Assembly: GCA_049793155.1 (NCBI GenBank)
Contig: JBARBN010000228.1
Location: 14,644 to 78,643 of the forward strand
Source of the DNA: Nitrospirota bacterium
Lineage (GTDB): Bacteria; Nitrospirota; UBA9217
Direction of reading: 5' to 3'
Length of the DNA stretch: 64,000 bases
In this document: positions 1 to 12,165 of the stretch, one piece after another
Layout of the letters: every line of letters begins with the position of its first letter
Position numbering within the stretch: position 1 is the first letter of the stretch
Program-made: the position numbers and the translations under genes
Notes under the pieces: model-generated
Seen by the model: the letters and a program-made list of their open reading frames with translations, nothing else
The model's database searches: none
Told to the model about the DNA's origin: nothing

Positions 1-447
1 GATTGCGCAGTGGGCTATGATGCCCCTCAGTGATTCACTCGCCTTCCTGATCAAGCTCAGCTCAAAGCGATTTTCTCTGCCCCCATTAAAAGAACCAACG
101 TCAATAAGCACATGGGGCGGCGACTGTTCTTTTATAAGGGAGCGCAAGAAACTGAAAACGAGAGCGCTCCGCGCACTGTGAGAGATAATGAGGTCATATT
201 TTTTTCTCTTTGAAAAGGCGGCAACGGCTTGAGCTATATAGAAATTGAGGACTTTGCCTTCAAAAGCATGAATAAGGGGTATCCTTCCGACATCTAAAAC
301 ATCAAAGTGGCAGAGGTGATCCGGCCAGTGTTTGAAGAACCAATAAGGACTGTTCTTTACCACCTTGTCGGGGGACTGAATGGAATCTGAGTCGACATCC
401 AGCCTGGCAACCCGCCAATCCACCGTGATCAATACTCTCATAATTAA
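1..447 (-). CDS. Partial CDS: N-terminal 149 aa of a hypothetical protein, possibly a glycosyltransferase-like N-domain; the gene continues past the window start
   Basis: Reverse-complement reading from the ATG at 447 gives MRVLITVDWRVARLDVDSDSIQSPDKVVKNSPYWFFKHWPDHLCHFDV... with no stop before position 1. An AGGAA Shine-Dalgarno lies 6 nt upstream. It follows the stop of the 469..3105 gene on the same strand. Confidence 0.4.
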
Positions 448-468
448 TTCCTATTCATGAGTTCAGGG

Positions 469-3105
469 TCACTGATAACCCTTTTCAAGGGCCGGAATGC
501 AGCTTACGAAAATGTCATCGATACAAAGGGCCTTATCATGTGTTGGGGTAATTCCAAACCAGTCCGCATATATCTTAAATACCGCCCGCGTGACATGCGG
601 AGGCATACGGAATCTGCCGTTATACATTCTGTAGTCCCGCTCTGCCGCGTTGAAGGGAAAATCCTTGGAAGCCACAGCCTCTATTTTCTTGGTGTGATCA
701 GCGTTCCAATACTGGAGTGTCGGGATGACTCTGAAATCACCATCTCTTTTCAGCCAAAACTCAATATAACCATTGCACCCTGGTGCGACGTCGAACGCCT
801 GCTCCATAAAAACAAACTTATCTGCAGGCTTCAACGTCAAGCTTGCGGCATATCTCCCGCTGTGACTGTCCTGCATTGTTTCCAGAGAGCCAAAGGATGA
901 CCATCGTGGAATAGAATCTCTACCGTGGCCGACAGGATCGAGTCGTTCTTCAAAACCCGCATTTTTCGTGAGGTTCATCGAATAATCTTTTTTTAGCCCG
1001 TCTTCCGCCGTCTCCAGCTTACCGTTGCCCTCTTCAAGCCATTCAAGCGCCTCATTTGACCAGTATCCTTGTCTTTCCATTTCCCGCCTGATCTCTGCGA
1101 GTCGATTGCGGCCATTTTTTATTATTTCCGAGGCTTCCGCGTTTAAACCCTTCATTGAAAGTTGCTTTGCCTGATAGTAAGTAGTTGTTGCACTGATCAA
1201 GAGGACCTGCCGGTAAGTGATGCCGAGGAAGCGTTTCAGTTTTTCCCTCACCGAACTGTCCATCTTTGGAGTACCCAGCGCTTGTTTCAGGCTCTCCAGG
1301 GCATTTTCCGCTTTTCTTAGTTGATCGCGGCTGGCATCCAATTCCGTTCCTGCCATGCTCTCACGGAGAACCTGACCGTAGAGTGCCGTGCTGCGCCAGC
1401 CGACGGGGTTGTTCCGAAAGAACTCGGCCATATAAGGAGCTGCTGCCTCGCCGAATTCAAGGCGACAGGCTTCCAGCAAAAGACCCCCCGTTGTCGGTTT
1501 CGGTTCTCGTGTCCCGTCAAACCAGGCCCACGAATTAACATCCGTGCCATTGACCATCTCTTTGCGGGAATGAAGTCTTCCACCAGTAATATTGATCTTG
1601 CCCGTTTTCTCTTCAATGACGTATCCGCTTCCTATTGCATCTACATTCCATTCATACTCAGACGAGATCAACTGCATCACTTCACCGTTAAAATATCCTA
1701 TCGGTTCCCAGTAGATGATTATGTCTTTTTTTCTCCCTTCGTCATAGGCCGATTTGGTGAACGCAGGGAGAGTCGAAAAGTATCTGCCCCATTGAAAGGC
1801 ATTTCCGTTGATCCAGTGGACGAGCGGCTGAGTGACGGCAGCAACCCAGGATTCAGTCTGATCCCTGTTGAGCTCGGCGACAGTAAAGTATATGTCGTGC
1901 GGGATCAACGCTGTTAATCGGGTCATCCATTTTTTGTAGCGCTCGTTACCGGCCAGATCGATGTTGGCGTGATAGGGGGACGCAACGAACTGCAGTTCGA
2001 TCCCCGGGTTGATCCTGCGTATCTCCCGGGTGAATATATTGATAACATTCGCGTCAGCCATTGCCCGGTCATTTCTGAAACGCGCACGTTCGTTTTTGCC
2101 GCGTTCGTCCCAGCCTTCCTCGTGCTTGTCAATGCAATGGAAATGCAGGGCATCGGCCTCGGTCTCCTTCGCAAACTGCGCAATTTCCAAGGCGCGCTTT
2201 CTTAGTAAACCGTCGTCACTCCAGGAATAATACTGAGCGTTAAAAAGTAAATTCCCCTGAAGCTCATCTCTGTTCCCTCCCGGGGATGTGGAGGCTACCG
2301 CCCACGTCAGCGCGTAATTGATCTTGATCCCCCGGTCTCTCGCATAGGCATTGATCTGCTTCAGATACCGGCGTTCTTCAGAGGTCGGAAGATTGAAGCC
2401 ATCCGGGGTTCTTTTTCTTGTCGTGTAGGTGTAAATCCTGTTGAACTTGTAGCGGAGCGCCCAATCGACGTATTTTTTGAAATCATCAAACGATCCGGGC
2501 AGCGGCCATACCGGCAGCCCCCGGAACTTGAAATCCGGCCAGTCCGTGACCTGCGCCTCGGTCGCGAAAATCGTAGAGCCTTCCTTCTTTATCAGCAGGC
2601 GAAAGGTACTGCCCGCATGCAGCAGTCCCTGCCATCCGACACCGGCGAGAAACGCCGCCTCGTTTTTACCCTGTCCCTTGAAAAACCGAATCGCATACCC
2701 CTGGTCGCCTTTTGCAGATACAATGTCCATGGCCTCCCGAATTTCACGGGAAATATCTCGGGAGGGATCTTCTCCCGGCACCGTCAGCGAGATCGTGTTC
2801 ATTCCAGAGAAGAGCCCTGCTGCGGCGCTACCGGTACCCCTGACCGTTGGCAATGGCTGTCCTCCCAAAGCTGTTATCCGGTCGTTGATCTCCCGGGCTG
2901 CAATAGCCGTTCTTCGATCGTCGTTATCCATGACTATAAATGCCACGGGTTTTTGGTTGTCATTCAACACGAATCTCTTATAAACTGCCTTCATCATTTT
3001 GGGCGTCGGCAGGACTCCCAGCGTTCCGTACGTTTCGTTCTCCGCTATGACCATTGCCGGGAAGAAGGAAATCGAGAGCAGCAATAGGAAAACAAGAAAA
3101 CGCAT
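469..3105 (-). CDS. Secreted GH20-like glycoside hydrolase (beta-N-acetylhexosaminidase-like) with a C-terminal discoidin/CBM-like domain
   Basis: Signal peptide MRFLVFLLLLSISFFPAMVIA. VTDWPDFKFRG matches the GH20 D-x-P-R-F-x-x-R-G signature. A TIM-barrel region follows with HFHCIDKHEEGWDE in place of the canonical H-x-GGDE. The C-terminal ~150 aa is jelly-roll/CBM-like. Confidence 0.55.
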   Translation of the reverse strand: MRFLVFLLLLSISFFPAMVIAENETYGTLGVLPTPKMMKAVYKRFVLNDNQKPVAFIVMDNDDRRTAIAAREINDRITALGGQPLPTVRGTGSAAAGLFSGMNTISLTVPGEDPSRDISREIREAMDIVSAKGDQGYAIRFFKGQGKNEAAFLAGVGWQGLLHAGSTFRLLIKKEGSTIFATEAQVTDWPDFKFRGLPVWPLPGSFDDFKKYVDWALRYKFNRIYTYTTRKRTPDGFNLPTSEERRYLKQINAYARDRGIKINYALTWAVASTSPGGNRDELQGNLLFNAQYYSWSDDGLLRKRALEIAQFAKETEADALHFHCIDKHEEGWDERGKNERARFRNDRAMADANVINIFTREIRRINPGIELQFVASPYHANIDLAGNERYKKWMTRLTALIPHDIYFTVAELNRDQTESWVAAVTQPLVHWINGNAFQWGRYFSTLPAFTKSAYDEGRKKDIIIYWEPIGYFNGEVMQLISSEYEWNVDAIGSGYVIEEKTGKINITGGRLHSRKEMVNGTDVNSWAWFDGTREPKPTTGGLLLEACRLEFGEAAAPYMAEFFRNNPVGWRSTALYGQVLRESMAGTELDASRDQLRKAENALESLKQALGTPKMDSSVREKLKRFLGITYRQVLLISATTTYYQAKQLSMKGLNAEASEIIKNGRNRLAEIRREMERQGYWSNEALEWLEEGNGKLETAEDGLKKDYSMNLTKNAGFEERLDPVGHGRDSIPRWSSFGSLETMQDSHSGRYAASLTLKPADKFVFMEQAFDVAPGCNGYIEFWLKRDGDFRVIPTLQYWNADHTKKIEAVASKDFPFNAAERDYRMYNGRFRMPPHVTRAVFKIYADWFGITPTHDKALCIDDIFVSCIPALEKGYQ

Positions 3106-3137
3106 AGTTCAGGGTTTGTAGCTGTGAATATTTCTCA

Positions 3138-4052
3138 TCAAAATTTCCCTGGCAAATAGGTTTGAAGCAGGGTTCTGTATTTTTTCCATTTTAGGTGAGC
3201 GGTTGCAGGCCTGGTATTGAGCAGTATCTTTCGGGCTGCTGCAGGATTTCCACCCTCGACGAGGCAATCATAACCGACAGCGAGCTGGAGCTTTACCATG
3301 TACTCAGTCAGGTCGCTCAAATCAGCAGTTCGGATCTCGCCCCGTCCGATTGCCTCCCTGGCCGATCGGACGAAAACCGCTTCAGGGTTCGTGATATAGT
3401 AGTGATGTCTACTACCCGGATGTTGATCGTCCTGGATGTATGATGCGCCGATCTTATTGCAAAAGGCGATGGGATATCTCAGCGCTATCCGTCCCCACAT
3501 ATCCAGGTCTTCCCCCAGGGGGATGCCAACGGGGAAAAAGCCCACCTCGTGAATAACATACTTGGGAACCGTCGTCGCGCTTGAGCAAACAGGGGGCGTA
3601 CCAAGGGATGAACGAAAATAACTGGGCAAAAGCCCTTGCCAGGGCTGACGGGGAACACCTTTATATTCGGGCCTGACAACCATGCCGTTCCGCCTGACTA
3701 TTTCATAGGCGGTCGCGTAAGCACCCGCCCCAGGGTATCGTTCGATCAACGATGCTACGATTTCCAGATAATTCGTTTTCCAGGTGTCATCGGCGTCGAG
3801 AAAGGCAATATAGTGCCCTGAGGCCGCCTTAATTCCGGCGTTTCGAGCAGCCGACACTCCGCGATTCTCCTGCCGAATGAGTCTGATGCGACGGTCGCCG
3901 TATCCGGCAACGATCTCCGGGCCATCATCGGTAGAGCCGTCGTCTACGACAATCACCTCATAGTCCTTTATTGTCTGCATCAACACGGAGTCCAGGGATC
4001 TCCTGATAAATCGAGCCTTATTGAAAAGTGGTATTATGACGGAAACGTGCAC
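3138..4052 (-). CDS. Family 2 glycosyltransferase
   Basis: VSVIIPLFNKARFIRRSLDSVLMQTIKDYEVIVVDDGSTDDGPEIV ... IAFLDADD is a classic GT2 (GT-A) N-terminus with a DxD motif. Confidence 0.8.
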   Translation of the reverse strand: MHVSVIIPLFNKARFIRRSLDSVLMQTIKDYEVIVVDDGSTDDGPEIVAGYGDRRIRLIRQENRGVSAARNAGIKAASGHYIAFLDADDTWKTNYLEIVASLIERYPGAGAYATAYEIVRRNGMVVRPEYKGVPRQPWQGLLPSYFRSSLGTPPVCSSATTVPKYVIHEVGFFPVGIPLGEDLDMWGRIALRYPIAFCNKIGASYIQDDQHPGSRHHYYITNPEAVFVRSAREAIGRGEIRTADLSDLTEYMVKLQLAVGYDCLVEGGNPAAARKILLNTRPATAHLKWKKYRTLLQTYLPGKF

Positions 4053-4101
4053 AGTCTCGAGGACCCCTCACCATTGAGAATCATTTGCCAGGTCTTTCTT
4101 C

Positions 4102-5460
4102 TTATCCCGCTGCCAGCTCAATATCTGTTATTTTGGTTCGCGATAACCTGTTGAAGGCGATGCCCCTCAACACTGCAGATAGAGAGTGCGCAGCAAGCAA
4201 TCCATAAGCCGCACCGATCAAGCCAAATGTGCGGACCAGGTATACATTTAATCCCAGCGTTGCGACCACCGCTATATTGATCTTGAAGTCAACATCGGCT
4301 CGTTCCATAGCAAAGAGGCCCCGCGAAAATGGAAATGTCGCCGAGCCCGCCACGAGGCTTAATGCAATAACAGAGAGAATCAAACTATTTCCGCTATACT
4401 TTTGACCATAAAGCAGAACGATCAACATATCGCCGAATATCATAATGAACACAAAGAATCCCAAGGTGAGCAAAACCAGGAGTGCTGCCGCTTTGAGGAC
4501 AAACCGGCGCATGGCTGGTGTGCCTCCCTGTGCGAAGGCATGAAGTATCCTGGGGCCAAGCAGGTTCTGCGTGCCGGCCAATACGATATTGCCGAGCCCT
4601 ATAACACCCATACAAACCGCCCATACGCCGTTGGCCTCAACTCCTTGAAAGACAGCAATGCACCACGGGAGAAGGCTGAATGCGGCCGACCACAGAAGAT
4701 TGCCCGCGGCGAGCCATTTTGCAAACATCCAGTTATGCCGGAATTCCGACCATGCTCTTGTCAGACTAAAGACAAATATATTTCTATTGAGAACCAGCCA
4801 AACCGCCGAGGTCAGACCGCACGCAATGCCTATAACAAGGAATGAACTATGAGCAGATAAAGCGCCATGCCATGCCAGCAACGATAAACCCCCAACCTGG
4901 AGCAGTACCGCAAAAGAATCCAGAATCAGCACTGTTTTCGCTCTCAAGGATGCAAAGCAGAGTTGGCGGATGAACTCCTTCAGCATGACAAATGTGATGA
5001 CGAGGATGACGGATCGCGAGACCTCCGCAAACCCCTTCGGTCCACGTGCGAAGGATAACACCGTCATGCAAATGACCATCACCAACAGCACGAGAACAGA
5101 ATAGGTCAGTTGATGAATGAGAGTGCTGCCATTGAATTGTCGGTGGCTATCGCCTTTTAATCGTGGGCTGTACACCGCGTAAGGTGTCGAAATAAATGCA
5201 GTCTGAAAGTCCGATACGAAGACCATAATGGTCAGTCCAAGTGCATAAAGACCAAGCTCTTCTTTTGTCGACGATCGGCCGATCAGCACGCTTGTCGCGA
5301 ATGCCGCGCCGCTGATCAACAGCTGATCAGAGAGGCCAAAGACCCCCTTGTTAGCTGCAAAAAGAAATTTATTTATCAAACCCCTTAAGAGAGGTTCGCG
5401 TGTCATGATGGCATCCCGGGCATTCTTGAATTTTTGCATGATATCAAAGAGAGCTGACAT
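4102..5460 (-). CDS. Polysaccharide biosynthesis protein / Wzx-like oligosaccharide flippase (MOP superfamily)
   Basis: 452 aa with about 12 predicted TM helices and a Wzx-like N-terminal amphipathic segment. It sits between a GT2 gene and galE. Confidence 0.55.
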   Translation of the reverse strand: MSALFDIMQKFKNARDAIMTREPLLRGLINKFLFAANKGVFGLSDQLLISGAAFATSVLIGRSSTKEELGLYALGLTIMVFVSDFQTAFISTPYAVYSPRLKGDSHRQFNGSTLIHQLTYSVLVLLVMVICMTVLSFARGPKGFAEVSRSVILVITFVMLKEFIRQLCFASLRAKTVLILDSFAVLLQVGGLSLLAWHGALSAHSSFLVIGIACGLTSAVWLVLNRNIFVFSLTRAWSEFRHNWMFAKWLAAGNLLWSAAFSLLPWCIAVFQGVEANGVWAVCMGVIGLGNIVLAGTQNLLGPRILHAFAQGGTPAMRRFVLKAAALLVLLTLGFFVFIMIFGDMLIVLLYGQKYSGNSLILSVIALSLVAGSATFPFSRGLFAMERADVDFKINIAVVATLGLNVYLVRTFGLIGAAYGLLAAHSLSAVLRGIAFNRLSRTKITDIELAAG

Positions 5461-5532
5461 TGTAACAGCTGAACCTGTTTCTCGTACTGCATGGTTGCCG
5501 TCTGCAAATATAAGAGGACGGCCGGATACACA

Positions 5533-7274
<1,742 letters not shown>

Positions 7275-7416
7275 TCATGTACCTGATGGTTGCAAAGCTC
7301 CGCCCTCTGAACTACGGGGCTCTTTTTTTATAGGTCCGCCATGTAATCCACAGGTTGATGTTGATAACGGTACGATTAGGCTTATCCCGGCCCCGGAATG
7401 ACCCCGGAAGAAACGA

Positions 7417-8430
7417 TCAGGGCTGTTTTGCCAGGATGCTTTCATCCTTTAAAAGTATTTCCACTTTGGCCTTTTCGCGCAATTTCCTGGCTTGAAGGTC
7501 CGCCTGCTGTTTCGATTTTTCCTCTCGGAGAAACTGTTTTATTTTCTCCTTCACGTTTTCATAGGCAAGCACGGTTTCAGGCTTTCTATCGGTCAGCTTG
7601 AAAATGTGGAAGGCGTAATCTGTCTCAATGATCTCCGTCGTTTCTCCCGGTTTGAGCGCAGCTATCGCGCTTTCAAACTGTTTCTCCAGTTGCCCGCTTC
7701 TGAGATACCCCAGATCGCCGCCGTGGGTCCGCGTGGGACCGTCGGACTGTTCCCGTGCAAGGGCGGAGAAGTCCTGCCCCTTCTTCAGGTTTTTCAGGAT
7801 CTGCTCGACCTTCCGGCGAGCCTCCTCTTTTCGAACATTGTCCCACGTGGGGTCCGAACGGACCATGATATGGCTTGCGCGCACCTGATACGGCTGCTTG
7901 AACAGGTCGAGGTGGCCCTCGTAATAAGCGACCATGTCGTCCTCCGAGACCTTTGTTTTCGCCCCGAACTGCCGCTCAATGTACTGCTGGACCGAATTGT
8001 TCCTTTCCAGCCTGGATCGCAAGACCTTTTCCGAGATATGTCTTCTGCTCAATTCATTATTAAATTCCGTCTCATCGGGAAACTGTTGCCTCAGCGCCTT
8101 GAGCTCGGCATTGATGCCGTTTTCATCAGGCTTGATGCCGGCTTTGCGGCTCTCCTGGCAAAGGATCTCACGCCGGATCATGCTTTCGAGCACCTCTGCC
8201 CTGATGGATGCGACCTGGTTCGAAGTGAGCGGCTTTCCGTAACCCAGGAGCGTTTTCTGGATCGTGAGGACCTCTCCCTCAAATTCTCCCCGGTCAATTG
8301 ATGAGCCGTTCACCAGTGCCGCCGTGTCATCTGCCGGTTCAGACTTCTTCACTTCAGCCTGGGCCGTCAGTACTACTGCAAGGAAGCCCATCATGATCAC
8401 CATCATCCGAAATCGCGAAACTCCGCTCAT
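7417..8430 (-). CDS. SurA/PrsA-like periplasmic parvulin-type peptidyl-prolyl isomerase / chaperone
   Basis: Signal peptide. N-terminal SurA-like chaperone region. Parvulin domain HIMVRSD...GGDLGYL...FHIFKL. Confidence 0.7.
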   Translation of the reverse strand: MSGVSRFRMMVIMMGFLAVVLTAQAEVKKSEPADDTAALVNGSSIDRGEFEGEVLTIQKTLLGYGKPLTSNQVASIRAEVLESMIRREILCQESRKAGIKPDENGINAELKALRQQFPDETEFNNELSRRHISEKVLRSRLERNNSVQQYIERQFGAKTKVSEDDMVAYYEGHLDLFKQPYQVRASHIMVRSDPTWDNVRKEEARRKVEQILKNLKKGQDFSALAREQSDGPTRTHGGDLGYLRSGQLEKQFESAIAALKPGETTEIIETDYAFHIFKLTDRKPETVLAYENVKEKIKQFLREEKSKQQADLQARKLREKAKVEILLKDESILAKQP

Positions 8431-8432
8431 GG

Positions 8433-9125
8433 TTATTCTCCTCCGTTATCTTTTTTATTATTGATCTTCTGCTGCTCGATCTCTTCCCGGTACTTCTGTG
8501 TAAGCTGTTCCAACTCGACCTTTTTGACCTGGACGATGGGTTCTCTCTCAAGAATGGCCGCGCCAATTCCCTTATTCCGATATTTTGTCAACAGTTCATC
8601 AGCAATGATGCAGAGCTCGGCGTTGTTTGACGCGCAATGGGCAAGGTCCTGGGTCTTTCTTTTCAACTCCGACTGGAGGGCCTGTTTCTCCCCGGTTGTC
8701 TTTTTCAGTCCCAGCTCCAGTTCCTTATTGCTCTGAGCTGTCTCCCGCAGTTCCTTTTTCATTTTGGTGGAAGCTTCTTCCGATGCCCTGGCCTGCATCT
8801 CGAGCTTTTGCACCTGTTCTTTTACCGTCCCCAACTGTCCCGTCAGGGTCTTCCGCTCATTACGGAGCGTGAGTTGGAGCTTGTCCAGATCACTCCGGCA
8901 CTTCTGTTCATTTTGCTCCAGGGAACTCATTGCCTCGGTTTTGTCCTCTGCCATTTTTTTCTGGAAAAAGGCGACCTTCTTGTTTGCCTCCTTGATCCTC
9001 TCCTGGCAGATCTTCTGCTCCTTGTTAATCTGAATGTGCCCCACGCCCAAACCGATGATCAGGCCGATCGCCAGTGCGGCCGCGGGTATGATGTGTTTTT
9101 TCTGAAGCACGGGCAGCTTTATCAT
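8433..9125 (-). CDS. Membrane-anchored coiled-coil protein of unknown function
   Basis: One N-terminal TM (IIPAAALAIGLIIGLGVG) followed by about 190 aa rich in heptad-like K/E/Q/L repeats. Contiguous with the flanking genes, so probably co-transcribed. Confidence 0.5.
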   Translation of the reverse strand: MIKLPVLQKKHIIPAAALAIGLIIGLGVGHIQINKEQKICQERIKEANKKVAFFQKKMAEDKTEAMSSLEQNEQKCRSDLDKLQLTLRNERKTLTGQLGTVKEQVQKLEMQARASEEASTKMKKELRETAQSNKELELGLKKTTGEKQALQSELKRKTQDLAHCASNNAELCIIADELLTKYRNKGIGAAILEREPIVQVKKVELEQLTQKYREEIEQQKINNKKDNGGE

Positions 9126-9201
9126 TTATGCTCTCCTCACACAGACCAGCACCGACACCCCGGAACAGTCATCAATTGGAAGTTATCGCGAGCTTGATAA
9201 A

Positions 9202-10806
9202 CTAAAATCTTGCATTAAGATCCACCTGCAGCACGTCGATCCCAAGCGGTGGACCGCTGATCTCGTCCGCCGTCAACCATCGAAGCGTAAGCCAGGTGTT
9301 CTTCGCCAACCCGACATCGGTCCCCAGGATCCACCCTTTTGCATTGGTGCCCCCCAGATGAAAATCTGAGTCTGTAAAGCCGTCCACCACGGCGTCCGCC
9401 CCCAGGCGTTTTTTGTAGAAATACACCTTCCACTGTCCTGGCGCATAAGCGGCCGGATACCCTACGGACATACCATATTGGTAGCCCTCGATTTGCCTGG
9501 CGGGATCGGGATTGCCCGTCCTCTGGGCAACATCGGATTTTTTAAAACCGAGGTTTTTCACATAATCGCCGAGGAAAACGATATGAAAAGGGTCCCAGAA
9601 GCCGATATCGAGGGTCCCCGTGACGTTCAGTTCCTTGAATTCCGAAGCAAGGGCCGTCTTATAGACGTTCGGGTCCGCGCTGATATTGAGCAGGGTGTTC
9701 CCCTTCTGCTGGAACAGAGGGGCGGTCCAGTCGGTGGCGCCGGGATTATTAGGATCATTGGGCACACCCGTGATGTTCTTGAAATCGTAGTAGGCGGAAC
9801 CGATCTTAAAACCTATGCCGTTCTGGCTTTTCCGGTCCAGTCCCAACTGCCCGGCCATAAGCCACTTCCCGTGCTGCGTGAAATCGTTCTGCTGCAGCGG
9901 AAAAGCGCCGGCAGTGAGAAAGGGCGTCCATGATTCCGCAATGGGCGTCCTCGCCTGCAGGGCTAGACCCTCGAAATTTAAATCCCTGGCCCACACAAGA
10001 TCGGACGAAAACCACGGATTAGGCATCCTCCCCCCGTACAAGGTGATCGACTTCCACGGCTGCCACTTGAGATAAGCAAGATCGAACAGGACAGAATCCT
10101 TGTTCATGTAGTCACCCATGGTCGAATTTGTCGACACGGGGTTTGTCGTGCTCCCTGAGGCCAGGCGAATGACTGCATCCCATTCTTCATTTACCATCGC
10201 CTCCGCGCCGAAACGGACCCGGTATTTGAAGCGGTCCGCGTCAACCTTTGTATTCATGAGTTGACTCGGGCTTGCCGGCTGGGCAAAATCGGCGTTGTTC
10301 TTGTCAAAGCGGTCTTTCTCATATCTCAGTCGAAGCTCGCCGTAAAAGCGAAGCCGCTTGTCTTTTTCGGTCAAGGCCCGATTTATCTTCCAGACTTCCC
10401 TGAGCAACTCATTCGTGACCTCGCTCCTGATCTCTTCTTTGATGTCCTCAAGCGATTTCTGCGATTCCAAAACAGCGGTAGAGACCTGCTCTTCGGCGGG
10501 CTCGGTCGCTGTTTGTCCGGTAATAAGAGCGGCATCTTCGTCGCTTATCACTTTTTTGCTCTTCAGGAGCTCCAGCAGTGCCGCGGTCTGCTGGTCGGGA
10601 AGCTCCTTCCGGCGCTGCAGATCAGCCAGAGTGGCCGCAATCCTCGGATCAGCTGGTTCCTTGCGGGCTTGCTCGGCGGACAAAGCGGCGTCGCTTTGAG
10701 AGGGCATTCTCTCATGTTGTATGATCACGGGCTGGGGAGCGGATGCGCATCCGATAAAAAGTGAAAGCAGGACCACCCCTATACCCCAACTGACTTTTTT
10801 TCTCAT
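9202..10806 (-). CDS. Outer-membrane beta-barrel protein (putative porin family), lipoprotein-type signal peptide
   Basis: Start taken at MRKKVSWGIGVVLLSLFIGCASAP (10806), which carries a lipobox. A long coiled/charged N-domain is followed by an aromatic-rich beta-strand region. The C-terminus ...LQVDLNARF ends with Phe, typical of outer-membrane beta-barrels. No TonB-dependent-receptor plug motifs were seen. Confidence 0.55.
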   Translation of the reverse strand: MRKKVSWGIGVVLLSLFIGCASAPQPVIIQHERMPSQSDAALSAEQARKEPADPRIAATLADLQRRKELPDQQTAALLELLKSKKVISDEDAALITGQTATEPAEEQVSTAVLESQKSLEDIKEEIRSEVTNELLREVWKINRALTEKDKRLRFYGELRLRYEKDRFDKNNADFAQPASPSQLMNTKVDADRFKYRVRFGAEAMVNEEWDAVIRLASGSTTNPVSTNSTMGDYMNKDSVLFDLAYLKWQPWKSITLYGGRMPNPWFSSDLVWARDLNFEGLALQARTPIAESWTPFLTAGAFPLQQNDFTQHGKWLMAGQLGLDRKSQNGIGFKIGSAYYDFKNITGVPNDPNNPGATDWTAPLFQQKGNTLLNISADPNVYKTALASEFKELNVTGTLDIGFWDPFHIVFLGDYVKNLGFKKSDVAQRTGNPDPARQIEGYQYGMSVGYPAAYAPGQWKVYFYKKRLGADAVVDGFTDSDFHLGGTNAKGWILGTDVGLAKNTWLTLRWLTADEISGPPLGIDVLQVDLNARF

Positions 10807-10910
10807 GCTCTCGAAGGCCCTCGTTATAATACTGTGATTCCGTTGTTTCATCGTGATATCCACCTTAAGTCTCTTGCCCCCGTTCCAAGCTGTCGTTCTC
10901 TCGCACACTG

Positions 10911-11615
10911 TCAACCCTGCGAAGTGATCCTGATGTCCATCGTCCGCGGCATCCCGTTTGGCGGCGGCTCACTGATCTTGATCGAGCCGAGGGTCCGCAG
11001 GACCGCCTCGTCCATCCTGTTGTTCCCCGAAGATCCGATGATCCGGAATCCGACTATGGCGCCGTCACTGTCCACGCTTAGTCTGACGACCGCCTGCAGT
11101 TTCCCCTTGGGGATCCCGCCTTCGTCGTCAAGGCTCTTCATGACCTTCTTCCTGATGGTTGTCGTCACGATCTGGGTATACCCGGCGTATTTGTTCAGAA
11201 GAGAGATCGCCCCCATGCCGTTTCCACCGGCAAGGAGGCTTCTGCCTCCCTTTTTTCCGACTAGTCCGAACGCGTCGTTCCCGGCGCCCCCTTCCGCATC
11301 CAGACCCAGTTTGTCGCCGGCCGGTGTGTTGTCATTATCGGCACTCGGAGCAGCCGGAGCCTCGTTCTTCTGTTCCGGATCTATGATGTCTTCCTTCTTC
11401 TGGGTCTCCTTGACCGGCTCCGGCTCCGGCGGTTTTTCCTTGATAACGACCGGCGGAGGTTTCATCAGGGTCACCGTGGCCACGGTATTCTTTTTTCTCG
11501 GGACCGTGTCGCTCATGGCTACTTTGACGATATATATTCCCGCGCCCAGAATGATGATCATCACGGCAATGAGCCCCCAGGACACGGAAGGCTTTTTATC
11601 CGGCATGTCGGACAT
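10911..11615 (-). CDS. tonB: TonB-family energy transducer
   Basis: Start at MSDMPDKK, with a GGGGA Shine-Dalgarno. One TM helix, a Pro/Glu/Lys-rich spacer (KPPPVVIKEKPPEPEPVKE) and a C-terminal TonB-CTD-like domain (YTQIVTTTIRKKV...GKLQAVVRLSVDSDGAIVGFRII). Confidence 0.75.
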   Translation of the reverse strand: MSDMPDKKPSVSWGLIAVMIIILGAGIYIVKVAMSDTVPRKKNTVATVTLMKPPPVVIKEKPPEPEPVKETQKKEDIIDPEQKNEAPAAPSADNDNTPAGDKLGLDAEGGAGNDAFGLVGKKGGRSLLAGGNGMGAISLLNKYAGYTQIVTTTIRKKVMKSLDDEGGIPKGKLQAVVRLSVDSDGAIVGFRIIGSSGNNRMDEAVLRTLGSIKISEPPPNGMPRTMDIRITSQG

Positions 11616-11747
11616 ATTTTTTCCCCAAATTACAAAGAGCCTCTTACAAATGCAGCACCTGTTATTGTAGCCGCAGGCTTTAGCCTGCGCCCGGAACGCT
11701 TCAGTGAAAGAAACACGCAAGCTGAAGCTTGCGGCTACCTACCAGCG

Positions 11748-12164
11748 TCACTTCACCAGCTTCTGCGTCACCAGCCCAAGCTGGGTGATCTCCAGTCGCT
11801 GGAGGATATCCAGGACCTCAATGACTTTTTTGTACGATATTTTTTCATCGCCCCGGATCACGACCGGGAAATTCGGCTCTGCGGCTTTATACTGCCGAAG
11901 CCTGCCTTCCAGTTCCTGCAGAGTGACGGGAAAACTGTCGAGGAAGATGGGCCCGTCAGCAGTGATCGTGATCGCCTTCGTGGTGGACTTTATTTTCCCG
12001 GCGGCGGCGCCTGCCTTGGGAAGATTGACGGCGATCCCCTGCACAGAGGCCGTCACGACGATCATGAACACGAGTAGGAGGTTCCACGCCAGGTCAAGCA
12101 TGGGTACCACGTTGATCTCATCGTATGATTCAAGTTCATCGAAGGGGTTTTTCCCATGACGCAT
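11748..12164 (-). CDS. exbD: ExbD/TolR biopolymer transport protein
   Basis: EINVVPMLDLAWNLLLVFMIV...PVVIRGD is the ExbD/TolR signature. The start MRHG (12164) abuts the upstream stop at 12166. Confidence 0.8.
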   Translation of the reverse strand: MRHGKNPFDELESYDEINVVPMLDLAWNLLLVFMIVVTASVQGIAVNLPKAGAAAGKIKSTTKAITITADGPIFLDSFPVTLQELEGRLRQYKAAEPNFPVVIRGDEKISYKKVIEVLDILQRLEITQLGLVTQKLVK

Positions 12165-12165
12165 A

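Noticed and set aside
457-900. Plus-strand ORF of 147 aa
   Set aside because: Entirely antisense to the 3' end of the GH20-like gene and the start of the partial gene. No ribosome-binding site or domain, and atypical composition.
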